NCBI RefSeq assembly: GCF_006345805.1
Contig: NC_043010.1
Location: 62,496,001 to 62,560,000, forward strand
DNA: 64,000 bases
Reading direction: 5' to 3'
Source of the DNA: Octopus sinensis
Lineage: Eukaryota
The notes beneath the pieces were generated by a model, which was given only the letters and a program-made list of their open reading frames with translations, ran no database searches and was not told the DNA's origin. Below, one piece after another: positions 40,325-52,559 of the stretch. A program made the position numbers and the translations under genes. The stretch's first letter is position 1, and the number at the start of each line of letters is the position of its first letter.

Positions 40325-41092
40325 TGTGTTTTTTGTGGTGTCTGGGGGCAGCAAACAGAAGGGCCACCCTTGTTGGCACACACTCTAGCTATGCTAGTGT
40401 TTTCACAGCCTCAGACTGGAAGTTGAGAGTGTATTTCATGGAATGGTTAAAGTCCCCAGATCACATTGTATCAACTTCACTTCACCCAGGGCCAGTCCTA
40501 GGGTTGCTGGCACCCCAGGAAAGCTGACGGGCCTGGAAATTTCCTTGTTTTTGTCATGCCCTCCTAGCACATGGTGCCCTGTACAATTGCCTGAGTTGCC
40601 AGTACCTTGAGCTGGCCCTGACTCCACCAAGATATAAGGATCATCTCAAATTCCACCAAATAGGAGATTGATCATGCGGGGAACTAACCGAGCCCTGAAA
40701 GGAAAACATGAAGGGAGCTCATGAGAGGAAGCTTGCCAAATACCAGGAGCTGGGAAGTGTAGGAAATTGGGGCTGGCAATCATGTTGTGAGAAAATAGAA
40801 GTGGGCTGCTGAAGTTTTGTGTGGGGTTTGTTCTTGAAAGTTCTGACCAGACTTGAAGTGGTGCAACAAAGAGGAAGGCTATGAATTCCATTACTGAAGA
40901 TGTAGAGAAGGCCATTAGGTGACTTTGGGGTAAGTAGGTAGACCAGTGGTCAGCTGCTGTTGGGAGGCAAAGTACAACTTGCTTGACCCTGACTCAACTG
41001 GGTGAAAGGGGTCTGATTTTGAAAGCCCTGAAATCTCCTGAGATCCCAGAAGATCACTGACGATGCATCCAGGAACATCTGCAAGATGTATC
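40325..41092 (+). pseudogene. HERO-like (R2/NeSL superfamily) non-LTR retrotransposon 3' end with a restriction-like endonuclease relic
   Basis: ASDWKLRV…KSPDHIVSTSLH|QDIRIISNSTK…ELTEP*KENMKGAHERKLAKYQEL…GWQ…IEVGC…KRKAMNSITEDVEKAIR*LW. This matches the RLE-domain pattern PD…ELT.PWE..MEEAHERK.AKY…IEVGCRG…EKASRWLW. Confidence 0.65.
40487..40620. mobile_element. hAT-type MITE nested in the HERO-like relic
   Basis: TIR cagggccag / ctggccctg. 8-bp TSD acttcacc (40479-40486) vs actccacc (40621-40628). Removing it restores the SL(H)(Q)DI motif. Confidence 0.8.
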
Positions 41093-41244
41093 TGAAAACT
41101 ACATACACACACACACACATATATATATATAGTGTACATCATGAATAAAGTTTTTTTTAGAAATAATTATCTCTATCTGGCTCATACTTCAATGTGGCCT
41201 GCAAAACCAAACGAGTTTGACACCACTGATAAAGAGTTCCATGT

Positions 41245-41552
41245 GGAAACGCAATGGCCCAGTGGTTAGGGCAGCAGACTCACGGTTGTGGGATTGTGGT
41301 TTCGATTCCCAGACCAGGCGTTGTGGGTGTTTATTGAGCGAAAACGCCTAAAGCTCCACGAGTTCCGGCAGTGGGTGGTGGTGAACCCTGCTGTACTCCC
41401 TCACCACAACTTTCTCTCACTCTTTCTTCCTGTTTCTGCTGTACTTATATTTCAAAGGGCCACATTTGTCAGCCACTCACATGTTAATTTCACGAACAAA
41501 CTGTTCCGTTGATCGGATCAACTGGAAACCCTCGTCGTCGTAACCGACGGAG
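41245..41552 (+). mobile_element. tRNA-derived SINE, family B'
   Basis: A box tggcccagtgg and B box ggtttcgattccc. A related minus-strand copy lies at about 60955-61263, and a tail fragment at about 46615-46665. Confidence 0.8.
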
Positions 41553-43891
41553 GATTAAGAGTCCCATATCGGTTAGATTGATGCCGTAAAGCAATTTATT
41601 TTTTCCTGCCTTAAATCAGTTTCCTTCTCTCATGTCCTTCTTTCACCTGTCTCCTCTCTCTCTCTCTCTCTCTCACACACTCTCTCTATCTCCCTCTCTC
41701 CAAACCGCTCTGCCCTTTAATGTTCTCAGTTCAAATATTGTTGTCTTTCATCCGTTTGGTAATGGTAGGACGTCACTAAAATAAAGCAGTCACCAAGGTT
41801 TCATCTAAACTAAGTCTACCCTCTTTACCGAAAAAATACGTGACCTTGTATCTTGCCTTTCTTTAATGAACAAAATGCCCTATAGTATTCACTAACGGCT
41901 CTTTACGTTTTAAGTTGAAATCCCGTTGAGGAAGAGAGAAAGAAAAATCCTGCAAAGTAGTGTGGAAAATACAGTGTTTAGTCAAGCCAACAAGGAATCC
42001 TCTATGTATTTCTAGGGTCGATAAGATAAAGTACCGGAGTCGTATTATATTCAATTTCCTTAAATCATCCTCGATATAAATGAATTTATCACATGAGACT
42101 AAGATATAAGACACTCTTTCCTCCTCCACCTACTTTTTTGTCACTCTCTCTCTCTCTTAGTCTATTTTTCACTCCAAACCTAGTTTTCCATCGCCACAAT
42201 TTTTTACTCATTATATATAACACTTTCCTCTCTCTCTTTCTTGTATTGTTTCTCTTCCTCAACATTTCCATCTAAAATTACAACTCACTGTAAATTATAT
42301 ACCCACCCTCACCTCTCCGTGCCGGTGTTCCTTTTTGTCCCCCATTTCCTGTCCCTCGTTCTTTTTCTTCCTCTTTTCCTCTTCAAATTTATATATTTTA
42401 CTTCCTATATATTACATCTCCCTTCCTGGTTTGTCCCAAATTCTCTCACCTTCCTCTCTTTCTGATCCTTTCTGCTTTACTATTTCCCCCGTTTTCCTAC
42501 TCACTATATATCGCATACATTTCTATTCAATTCCTCTGCTACCGCCTCCATTCCACCTATCTCTAGCAATTTTTTTTTTTACGTCTGTTTATCAGCCTCT
42601 ACCTCTGCCACCACCCCCTATCTTTCTAGCTCCCTTTTCTGTTTTTGAAACCTCATGCATATTTTCTCTTGCCGACATCTTTTGTTTCCATTCATTTCCC
42701 TCCCCCTCTCCCCCTCTCTCTCCCTCAAGTAGTTACAATTACCCTCATACTTTACTCCTTTTACTCATTACATCAAGTTTTTTCCTCCTTCTTCCCCCTC
42801 TCACTCATATTCTTCCTCTATCTCTCTCTCCCGCGTTTTTTTTGCTCCCACCTCTTCACATCACTTGTCCTTCCACCAAACTATCCTCATTCTTAAACTC
42901 CCTATCACTTTTTGTCTCTCTCTCTCTCTCTTTTAGTATGTCTTCCTCTCTCTCTTTTTTAGTATGTCTTCCTCTCTCTCTCTCTCACTCTCATCTTTTT
43001 CTCTCAGTCACCCCTATTATTTCTTTATCACTTTCTTTCTCTCGTTCGTCTGACATTCACATTTCATTTATCCTCCTACTTTCATAGCCACATCTCCTTT
43101 CATTCTCTTCATATAATACACACACTCTCTCTCTCTCTTACTCTATCTACTTTTGTGTGTGTGCAACGATGTCTTTCTGTCCTTGTCTCTCTTCCAAATT
43201 CTTTAATTTCATGCCTCTTCCTACCACTCTGCTCCTTTTTTATAACTTTCCTTTCTATTATTATTATTTTCTCCTTTCCTCTCCTCTCCCTCTCACTCAG
43301 CTACATTTTTATATCTCTCTCTCTCACTTCTATACCATCTCACTATCACATTTATCCTCTTCCTTACCCCCAATCTATCCTTATCACTATCCCTCGCTCT
43401 TTCCCTCCTACTTCTCTCTCTATGTTTCCCTTTCCCATCATCATCTTTTAGTCTTTCTTTCTCCCTCTAACCAACTCCCGTAAATATATCCTCCTCCTTT
43501 TCTCCCGTTTCTCTCTAAAGCTTTCTACCTCCCCTCCCCCACATCACAATTCTCCCACTATCCCCCTATTACAGATGCTGTATCTTCCCTCCATCTTCAT
43601 TTTTTAAATAGTTTCACTTTTGACCCCTTTTTTTTTATATCCCTGCAAGCAAATCATCCCTTTTACAGTCATTCTTCTGTCCCCAACGCAGTCCTACAGC
43701 ACATCTTCCATAGCCTTTTTACTTTTATATTTTCTAACAAAGACATTAGCTGTATGTCTGTCTCCTTGTCTATTTATATATCTATCCGTTCGTCTCTCTT
43801 CCACTTCTCCAGTACTTCATTTTCTCTTTATCCCTTCTAATCTTAGACCAATTTTCTCTCCGTCTTTACCCTTGATATATATATATATATA

Positions 43892-43924
<33 letters not shown>

Positions 43925-44297
43925 ATATATATGCCTGGGAGTCTGTTTCTATTTCTGTGTCTCAGTAGTTCCCAATTGCACCGTTTGCGGACACATTTAT
44001 GTTTCTCTCTCAAAACAAAAAAATATTACTCGTAGTGCTCTGTCGCAAAAAGAAAACAAATTCCTTTCAAAGATACCTTTTCTCGTTATACAGACACACA
44101 ATGGCTTCAAATTTTGGCCCAAGGTCAGCAATTTTAGAGAAAGAGTCGGTCGATTGCATCATTTCAGAGCTCCATTGGTACTTATCTTATCGACCCCTGA
44201 ACGGATGAAAGGCTAAGTCGACCTCGGCGGAATTTGAACTCAGAACGTAATGACATTGTGTCCGGCGTTCTAACGACACTGCCGGCAAGCATATATA

Positions 44298-44529
44298 TTC
44301 TTTTTATTTGTTTCAGTCATTTGACTGCGGCGATGCTGGAGCACCGCCCTTATTTGAACAAATCGACCCCGGGACTTATTCTTTGTAAGCCCAGTACTTA
44401 TTCTATCGGTCTCTTTTGCCGAACCGCTAAGTGACGGGGACGTAAACACACCAGCATCGGTTGTCAAGCAATGCTAGGGGGACAAACACAGACACCACAA
44501 ACATACACACACACACACACACATATATA

Positions 44530-44588
<59 letters not shown>

Positions 44589-44992
44589 CATATATACTAT
44601 AGGCTTCTTTCAGTTTCCGTCTCCCAAATGCACTCACAAGGCTTTGGTCGGTCCGTCTCTATAGTAGAAGGCAATTGTCCAAGGTGCCACGCAGTGGGAC
44701 TGAACCCGGAACCATGTGGCTGGCAAGCAAGCTTCTTACTACACAGCCACTCCTGCGCCTATGTATATATATATATACTCTTTTACTCTTTTACTTGTTT
44801 CAGTCATTTGACTGCGGCCATGCTGGAGCACCACCTTTAGTCGAACAAATCGACCCCGGGACTTATTCTTTGTAAGCCCAGTACTTATTCTATCGGTCTC
44901 TTTTGCCGAACCGCTAAGTGACGGGGACGTAAACACACCAGCATCGGTTGTCAAGCAATGCTAGGGGGACAAACACAGACACACAAACATAT

Positions 44993-45051
<59 letters not shown>

Positions 45052-45223
45052 ACATATATACGATAGGCTTCTTTCAGTTTCCGTCTACCAAATCCACTCA
45101 CAAGGCTTTGGTCGGCCCGAGGCTATAGTAGAGGACACTTGCCCAAGGTGCCACGCAGTGGGACTGAACCCGGAACCATGTGGTTGGTTAGCAAGCTACT
45201 TACCACACAGCCACTCCTGCGCC
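44298..45223 (-). mobile_element. Two tandem young SINE family A copies (44298-44759, 44778-45223)
   Basis: Near-consensus copies with CpGs retained, in the same orientation and separated by a short TA tract. Confidence 0.9.
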
Positions 45224-45263
45224 TATATATATATTATGTAAATAGAGGAATTTATCTTTTAAT

Positions 45264-45462
45264 ATATGTGATAATCATTCGGTAGCCATGATAAAACTCC
45301 GAGTTTCGGATATCGGGGCGGAAACCCACCCCACCATCTCTTCATTTATCCGGCCATCGAAAAAATGCCGGGCCGGATAACTGAAGAGATGGTGGCGTGG
45401 GTTTCTGCCCCGACATCCGAAACTCGGAGTTTTATCATGGCTACCGAATAATTGTCACATAT
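45264..45462. repeat. 92-nt-arm palindrome formed by two divergent hammerhead-bearing repeat copies
   Basis: Arms 45264-45355 and 45371-45462, with 6 mismatches and a 15-nt spacer. Confidence 0.85.
45376..45436 (+). ncRNA. Type I hammerhead ribozyme fold with intact core
   Basis: gataa CTGAAGA gatg…catc c GAAAC tcgga GTT ttatc. Predicted cleavage after 45431. Confidence 0.7.
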
Positions 45463-45783
45463 TATATATATCATCATCATCATCATGTTGAACCATTAAT
45501 TCCTACACATTTTTTTCTCTCCCCGTTTTTTTAAATACGCTCTCCTTTTTTACACTCTTAATCCTTTCTGTGGAAGAGCGTAGGCTGGAAACATAAAACG
45601 ACTTTTCCATTCTTTCCGAGCGTTAAACTATTACACCTGCTTGTTGTTCCTGCACCTGTCTTCGCAGGTGTATGAGTTTAACGCTCAGAAATAATTATAT
45701 AATGAGAATAGAGCACGAAGGAGGAGCATACACACATAGGTGTATATTAAACACAAATATTTGAGATCAAGTTGATACAGTCC

Positions 45784-45835
45784 TACATGACTTTAGGTTT
45801 CGTAGTCACATCAAGGGCTCACATCCTCAGATGTA
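45784..45835 (-). ncRNA. Type I hammerhead fold with fully canonical core
   Basis: Reverse complement reads tacat CTGAGGA t gtg…tac GAAAC ctaaa GTC atgta. Helix I is tacat/atgta with a GUC triplet. Helix II is only weakly paired. Confidence 0.6.
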
Positions 45836-45905
45836 CAGTGTAACTCTCGTCAATTTCACTATTATGGCCTTCATCACTCACACATATACACATGCATGCA
45901 TTATA

Positions 45906-45952
<47 letters not shown>

Positions 45953-45957
<5 letters not shown>

Positions 45958-46155
45958 GTGACCGCGTGTATACCGTTGACGATTTTTTTCCCCTCTGTCT
46001 TCCCTTCTCTGGATCTTTCCTTCTCCTATGTTTCCGACGAAGAGATCAGCTCGGAACGTTAAATCCTCCTTCTTTCCTGAGCGTCCAATAATACTATATT
46101 TGTCCCACGTACTCGCGTTGTTGTTTTTTTGTGCTTTCTTGTTTGGATTAACAAT
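45953..46155 (+). mobile_element. Penelope-like non-autonomous repeat in (TA)n with a degenerate hammerhead-like motif at 46030-46064
   Basis: gttt CCGACGA a gag atcag ctc GGAAC GT T aaat, flanked by TA tracts. Confidence 0.45.
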
Positions 46156-47791
46156 ATATATATATATATGTTCGTGTGTGTATATATAAACACATACATA
46201 TATACATACATACACATATACACACTTTTTTACCGGTTTCAGTCACTGGTCTGTGACCATGCTGGGGCACACCCTCAACAGCTTTAGTCAAGCCTCTTAT
46301 CGTTCTCTATTTATCAAACCTCTAGATTAGGGAGCTAAAGGGACAGAGCATATCGGGTTAAATATAAATACAGGCATAAACACATAATAAAATGGCAGGA
46401 TTACACATGCAATAGAAAATGACAAAAAACTTTCTTTATCTTAGATTATTCGTAGAATTAATTGACAAAAGCTTCCTTCATGAAGGCTTAAAATTCAGAA
46501 GTAACAAGGGGGGTAACTGAGGTGAGATCAGATAATTGAAATACCCGGAAATCAGAGAAAATGTTACAGATCTGGTCTTACAGTTATATACAGTTAAAAA
46601 AAAAAAACTGGCGCTCCTTCGGTTACGACGACGAGGGTTCCAGAAAAGATCCGATCCGATCAAGGGAAACAGTCTGCTCAAGAAATTAATGTGCAAATGG
46701 CTGAGTACTCCACAGACACGCGTAACCCTTAATGTAATTCTCAGGGAGATCCCGCGTGACATAGAATGTCCTTTGAATTACAAGTACTTCTCATTTTTCG
46801 GGAATCGAACTTTTACGATCGTCAAACCGCATACCCTACTCACTAAGCCGCACGCGCGCATACACACACACACATACACATACAAACACACACACTCATA
46901 CACATCGCATACATACACATACCAACATAGTAATGGAATGGTACTTGATCTGTTAGAAATAGCAGTCAAATCTTCCTCCGATAAATACAAATTTTCGTCC
47001 CGTAGAGCATTGGATAATGTAGTCCTAGATGGATAATGTCCGAGTGAAGGAAAGGATATCCATGGCTGAACAACTTCGATTATAGATCTGTTTACTCAAT
47101 GACGAGGGAGAGAAAAATAGCGACATTGATGATATTAGTGGTGTGGGAGCGGGTGACGCCGGGAACATTGTACGGAGTGCGAGGGGTATTTGAGGACACT
47201 TAATGTTCAGTAAATACAAACTTGTCACCAGTTCAAATATGCTTGAGGTATATTCGAACCCTTAAGAAAGATATTCACTGTATTTTGACATGGGTTCAGT
47301 CCCACTGCGTGGCACCTTGGGCAAGTGTCTTCTGCTATAGCCTCGGGCCGACCAAAGCCTTGTGAGTGGATTTGGTAGACGGAAACTGAAAGACGCCCGT
47401 CGTATATATATTTATATATGTATGTATGTGTGTGAGTGTGTGTGTGTGTGTGTGGTGTGTGTGTGTGTGGTGTGTGTGTGTTTGTCCCCCAACAAGGCTT
47501 GACAACCGATGCTGGTGCGTTTACATCCCCGTAAATTAGCGGTTCGGCAAAGAGACCGATAGAATAAGTACTAGGCTTACAAAGAATAAGTCATGGGGTC
47601 AGTTTTCTCGACTAAAGGCGGTGCTCCAGCGTGGCCACAGTCAAATGACTGAAACAAGTAAGAGTAAAGAATATGGAGAAAATTTCTTGCAGTAGACAAA
47701 TTTTAGTGTATTACTTGCTTCAAACCAATTTAAAGTTCTTTTATTTCTTTCATTAAGTCCCTCCGTGACTGATAAAATACTAATACAAGAA

Positions 47792-48955
47792 GTGAAAAGA
47801 CGTGTATTGTTGTCATGTGTGTGGAACACAGCAATTTAGAAATTGCTAATTTTCTGAATATTATAATATCTTTTGTACACAAAGTTGAGATGAAACTGTA
47901 AGTGTCTGGCTGAAGTGTTTCAACTGTAGCGAAGAGGAGGAAATAATTTTATAAATATTCAGACACTATAAGGATGCCACAATTTACTCAACGAGTTCAA
48001 AACGTTATTGATGATAATTCCGGAATATCAATGAGAGCCATCGCCATAACACTTTAGGTGTCGGAGTGGACTATCGGAAATGCGACGCATGACGACATTC
48101 GATACAATCCGTATGTATTAAGTAGAGGCTAATTCATGTCTGCAAAGACACAAGAAAACCGTTTGATCCAAGCAGTTACTTAACGAAGTTAAAACCTTTT
48201 ACGAACGTCGCTTACTTTGGTTCTTCTCTGATGAGAAAAATCTGGACCAAAAGTCTAACAGAAGAAATGACAGATGGTTCTGATGCCCCCAAAATGATAC
48301 ATATTTGGTTTCCAGCAACTGTGATAGTTTTAGGAGAGGTGAGTAACGAAGATCACACCATGCTACCTCACGTTTTTCCACATGGTTGTGTTGAGGTGCT
48401 GGAAAATGTTAAACAGTGGATGAACGAAGTACGCAGTAGAAGGCTATACGTGTTTTAGTAAGATTCCGCACCTTCTCACAAAACGCACGCAAGTAATGAA
48501 TGGCTGTCAAGCAGTCTTTGCCATCTTGTAATACTAAACCGTCTGCTTCCAAACCCACCTCCACCAGATTTAACCCTTTTGTTACTAACCCGGCTCTAGC
48601 TCTGTGGTAAAATGTCTTGTTTTCGTAAGTTTTGAATTAAAATATTCCACCAAGCCATAGTCACAATTTATGTTCCTAACACTAGCTTAATGATAACGAT
48701 GTTATTTTACTAAATTCTTTGTTATATTTAAAATAATTGAAAGAAACACAGAGCATCTCAAAATAAATACAGTAATGAAAGGGTGCCGCTTGGGCTAAGT
48801 TTGGAGCGTTGTTGAAAGGGAGACTGACTAATCAACGTCTATACAATATATAGCTCCACTTGCCCAGACGATGTCCGAAATGAATAAGGACTATTCAGTG
48901 TACGTAGGTCAAAGATTCCGATGTCACCGAAACCAAAGGCGGATTCATAGAATGA
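47792..48955 (+). pseudogene. Decayed maT/DD37D-type Tc1/mariner transposase interrupted by a TTAA MITE
   Basis: EHSNLEIANFL…SDTIRMPQFTQRVQNVID…DDIRYNPY…LWFFSDEKN…DQKSNRRNDRW…FPATVIVLGEVSNE…YVF**DSAPSHK…PPPDL|MITE|VWSVVERET…QRFR…KGGFIE*. Confidence 0.85.
48574..48783. mobile_element. piggyBac-like MITE (family of 821/1074, opposite orientation) inserted at the TTAA of the PDLNP codons
   Basis: TTAA|cccttttgttac at 48570-48585. The body is the reverse complement of the 1074 copy and ends aaaggg. The right TTAA is eroded. Confidence 0.75.
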
Positions 48956-49087
48956 TCTGATTAGAAAACTGATCGGGAATTGTGCACAAGTTCTTTTTTT
49001 ATTAGTAGAATACATTTTACTAGATTTCGTTCGATTAATTAGAACACCAAATAATCCTCAAATTCCAATCGCAACACGAATAATGTA

Positions 49088-49306
49088 CATAGGGGTGTTG
49101 AAAAGTCCCTGGCTTTAAGGGTGCCGCGAAAGGCCTGACTGGAGGCCCAACTGTCCGAGTTCTTTTACAGGGCTTAGAAAAACTGAAAAACCGCTGCAAT
49201 AAGCGTGTGAATGTGAGAGGGGAATATGTTGAAGAAAATCATAATTAACTGATCCTCTTGTATTTTCTTTTAATCAAAGCCAGGAACTTTTCAGCAACTC
49301 CTTGTG
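49088..49306 (+). mobile_element. Internally deleted mariner element (MITE)
   Basis: TA-flanked imperfect TIRs of about 30 nt (…ggggtgttgaaaagtccctggcttt / aaagccaggaacttttcagcaactcc…). The internal FLQGLEKLKNRCNKRVNVRGEYVE matches the mariner C-terminus. Confidence 0.7.
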
Positions 49307-49941
49307 TAATAGACGTGAAAGTGGTAGGTGTGGGGTGGTGTTGTTGGTGACTGTGATGATGATGATGATGATGGGGAGGGGGTGATTGTAATGACGTTGT
49401 CCTGTTTAGTCCCCCCAAGTCTTACTGTGGTCAAATAGGCCTGTGATTAAAATATATTTCGGCCACCATCAGCTCGCCTTATTTTCTGCGATTGTGTAAA
49501 CTAAGGTCACATTATGGTCAGGTGTGATGTGAGGAAGATTTGGTTGCTACTTCTAACAAGGTGGAGAGCAACCGCGGAGAAACTCCGTTGTTGGTGAATT
49601 AAGAAGCAACGACGGGGAGTTTTTTATAGTAATTGTGGTGGTAGTAGTAGTGAGTGATGGATTGGAGGAAAACTTTGTGAGAGGGAGAAACAGAGAGAGA
49701 GAGAGAGAGAGGGAGAAAGGGGAAGGAGAGGGTGATAGAGTGAGGGGTAGAGAGAGAGAGAGGAAAAGGGAAAGGAGAGGGTGATAGAGTGAGGGGTAGA
49801 GAGAGAGAGTGTATGTTTATTGTCTCAGGGAAGGATGTAGGAGGAGAGTAACGTTGAGAGACAAAGAGGAAAGGATGCAAAAAAAAAACCAATTGTATGC
49901 GTACGTGTGTGTGTGCATGTGTGTGTGCGTGCGCGCTCGTA

Positions 49942-49977
<36 letters not shown>

Positions 49978-50416
49978 TGTGTACGTTTCTGAATGTGTGT
50001 GTCTGTATACGTGTGACAATAGACAGAGACATTATTTATGGATTTGTGTGTGAATGCGTGTGTGTCTGTTAGCTGAGAGAATACTTTCAGATTTTTTGGT
50101 ATGTGTGTTTGTGTGTGCGTGTGCATTTATGAATGTATGTGCTTACTTGAATATATGTGTGTGTGTGTGTGTGTGTGATACACATTGTGAAAGTGTGTAG
50201 TTGTGTTACGGAGATGGTCGGGGGTGAGGAAGAGGAGAGAGGTAAGAAGATTGGTGAAAAACAACAAACAAAACAAAAAGTATTGTATTTTAATGAATGG
50301 AGAGAGTGTGTGAGTGGATGCTTGGCGATAGATATCTATAAATATGAAGAGGATCAGAACTGTGTGGGAGGAATGTGTATCTGTATGGATCTAATACACA
50401 CACACACGCATCCATA

Positions 50417-50449
<33 letters not shown>

Positions 50450-50898
50450 GAGGGTATGTATGGGAGATGGGAACAAAGTTCCAGGTGGTATCTACATTTG
50501 ATCTCCTCCGCACACACCCACACATCACTATCATAAACTATATTGTCGGCGAGCAGGAAGTGGTTGTCACGGTTGGAAAGCCTTTGATCGTAATACAATA
50601 AATCTCACTGGATCGAAGCTGACCTGGGGCTTAACTACTACGTCATCATAACTGCTACCACCACCACCGCCACCATCACCATCACCACCACTACCACCAC
50701 CACCACCACCAATATCATCACCACCGCCACCACCAGCACCACCACCAGCACCACAACCAGCATCATCACCACCATAACCACCACCACCATCATCACCGTC
50801 GCCATCCTTCACCTCCGTCATTATCGTAACCACCACCATCCCTACCGCTTCACACATACTTTCACTGTCACCCGTCTTCATACACACCACACACACAA

Positions 50899-50932
<34 letters not shown>

Positions 50933-51036
50933 CATACATACATACACACACACTCCATTCCCTCACGTACAATCACCAAAATATATTGACACATAGACAT
51001 AGTAACCCATACACACATATCGGTCTATAAAGCGTG

Positions 51037-51067
<31 letters not shown>

Positions 51068-51087
51068 ATATATATATATATATATCT

Positions 51088-51118
<31 letters not shown>

Positions 51119-51313
51119 GTGTGTGTGTGGTATGTATAATTGAGCACGCTTTATAGACCGTTGATTTCATGTTGAAGGGAGAGGATTCTTAATTTTTGAG
51201 AATATTTTATTTTTCTTCGCATCTTTAAAAAAAGTGGTGGAGTGGAGGAGAAACTACAAATAATATTAATTAAACTCGCTACTTTATTAACACACAATAA
51301 TTACTCCTCTCCG

Positions 51314-51344
<31 letters not shown>

Positions 51345-51375
51345 CATATATATACAACCGCACAACAATGCACAC

Positions 51376-51408
<33 letters not shown>

Positions 51409-51419
51409 GTACATATATA

Positions 51420-52525
51420 TATATATATATATACATACACAGACATATATATATACATACACAAACATATATATATATACATACATACACATACATATAT
51501 ATATATACTACACAGACATATATATATACATACATACACAGACATATATATAATACATACACAGACATATATATATATATACATACACAGACTATATATA
51601 TACATACAGACATATTATATATATACATACATACACAGACATATATATATATACATACACAGACATATATATATATACAACACAGACATATATAATATAC
51701 ATACAAACAGACATATATATAACATACACAGACATATATATATATATATACATACACAGACATATATATATATATATCTACATACACAGACATATAGATA
51801 TATACTTACACAGACATATATATATATATATACGTACATATATATATATAATAACATACACAGACATATATATATATACATACACAAAATAATAATATAC
51901 ATACATACACAGACATATATATATATACATACACAGACATATATATATATACATACATACACAGACATATATATATATACATACACAGACATATATATAT
52001 ATATATACATACACAGACATATATATATATACATACATACACAGACATATATATATATATATATACATACATACACAGACATATATATATATACATACAC
52101 AGACATATATATATATACATACACAGACATATATATATATACATACATACACAGAATATTATATTATACATACACAGACATATATATATACATACACAGA
52201 CATATATATATATACATACATACACAGACATATATATATACATACACAGACATATATATATACATACACAGACATATATATATATACATACATACACAGA
52301 CATATATATATATACATACACAGACATATATATATATACATACACAGACATATATATATATACATACATACACAGACATATATATATACATACACAGACA
52401 TATATATATATATATATACATACACAGACATATATATATATATATACATACACAGACATATATATATATATATACATACACAGACATATATATATATACA
52501 TACACAGACATATATATATATATAC
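51420..52525. repeat. Minisatellite, unit about CATACACAGACA(TA)n
   Basis: Dozens of units punctuated by the invariant cagac. Source of the long YIYICLCM pseudo-ORFs. Confidence 0.9.
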
Positions 52526-52559
52526 AGATATTTCTGCAGAAAAACAGAAAGAAAACAAA

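Noticed and set aside
42335-43483. 250-aa and about 100-aa S/L/F/P-rich ORFs
   Set aside because: Arise from stop-codon-poor pyrimidine-rich DNA and have no domain motifs.
46536-47036. 166-aa ORF
   Set aside because: Contains a SINE tail fragment, a poly-A run and a CA microsatellite. No recognisable domain.
50567-50953. Gly/Asp-rich ORF resembling a glycine-rich protein
   Set aside because: Reverse complement of a (CCA/CAT)n trinucleotide tract embedded in TA/CA repeats, with no splice or coding context.
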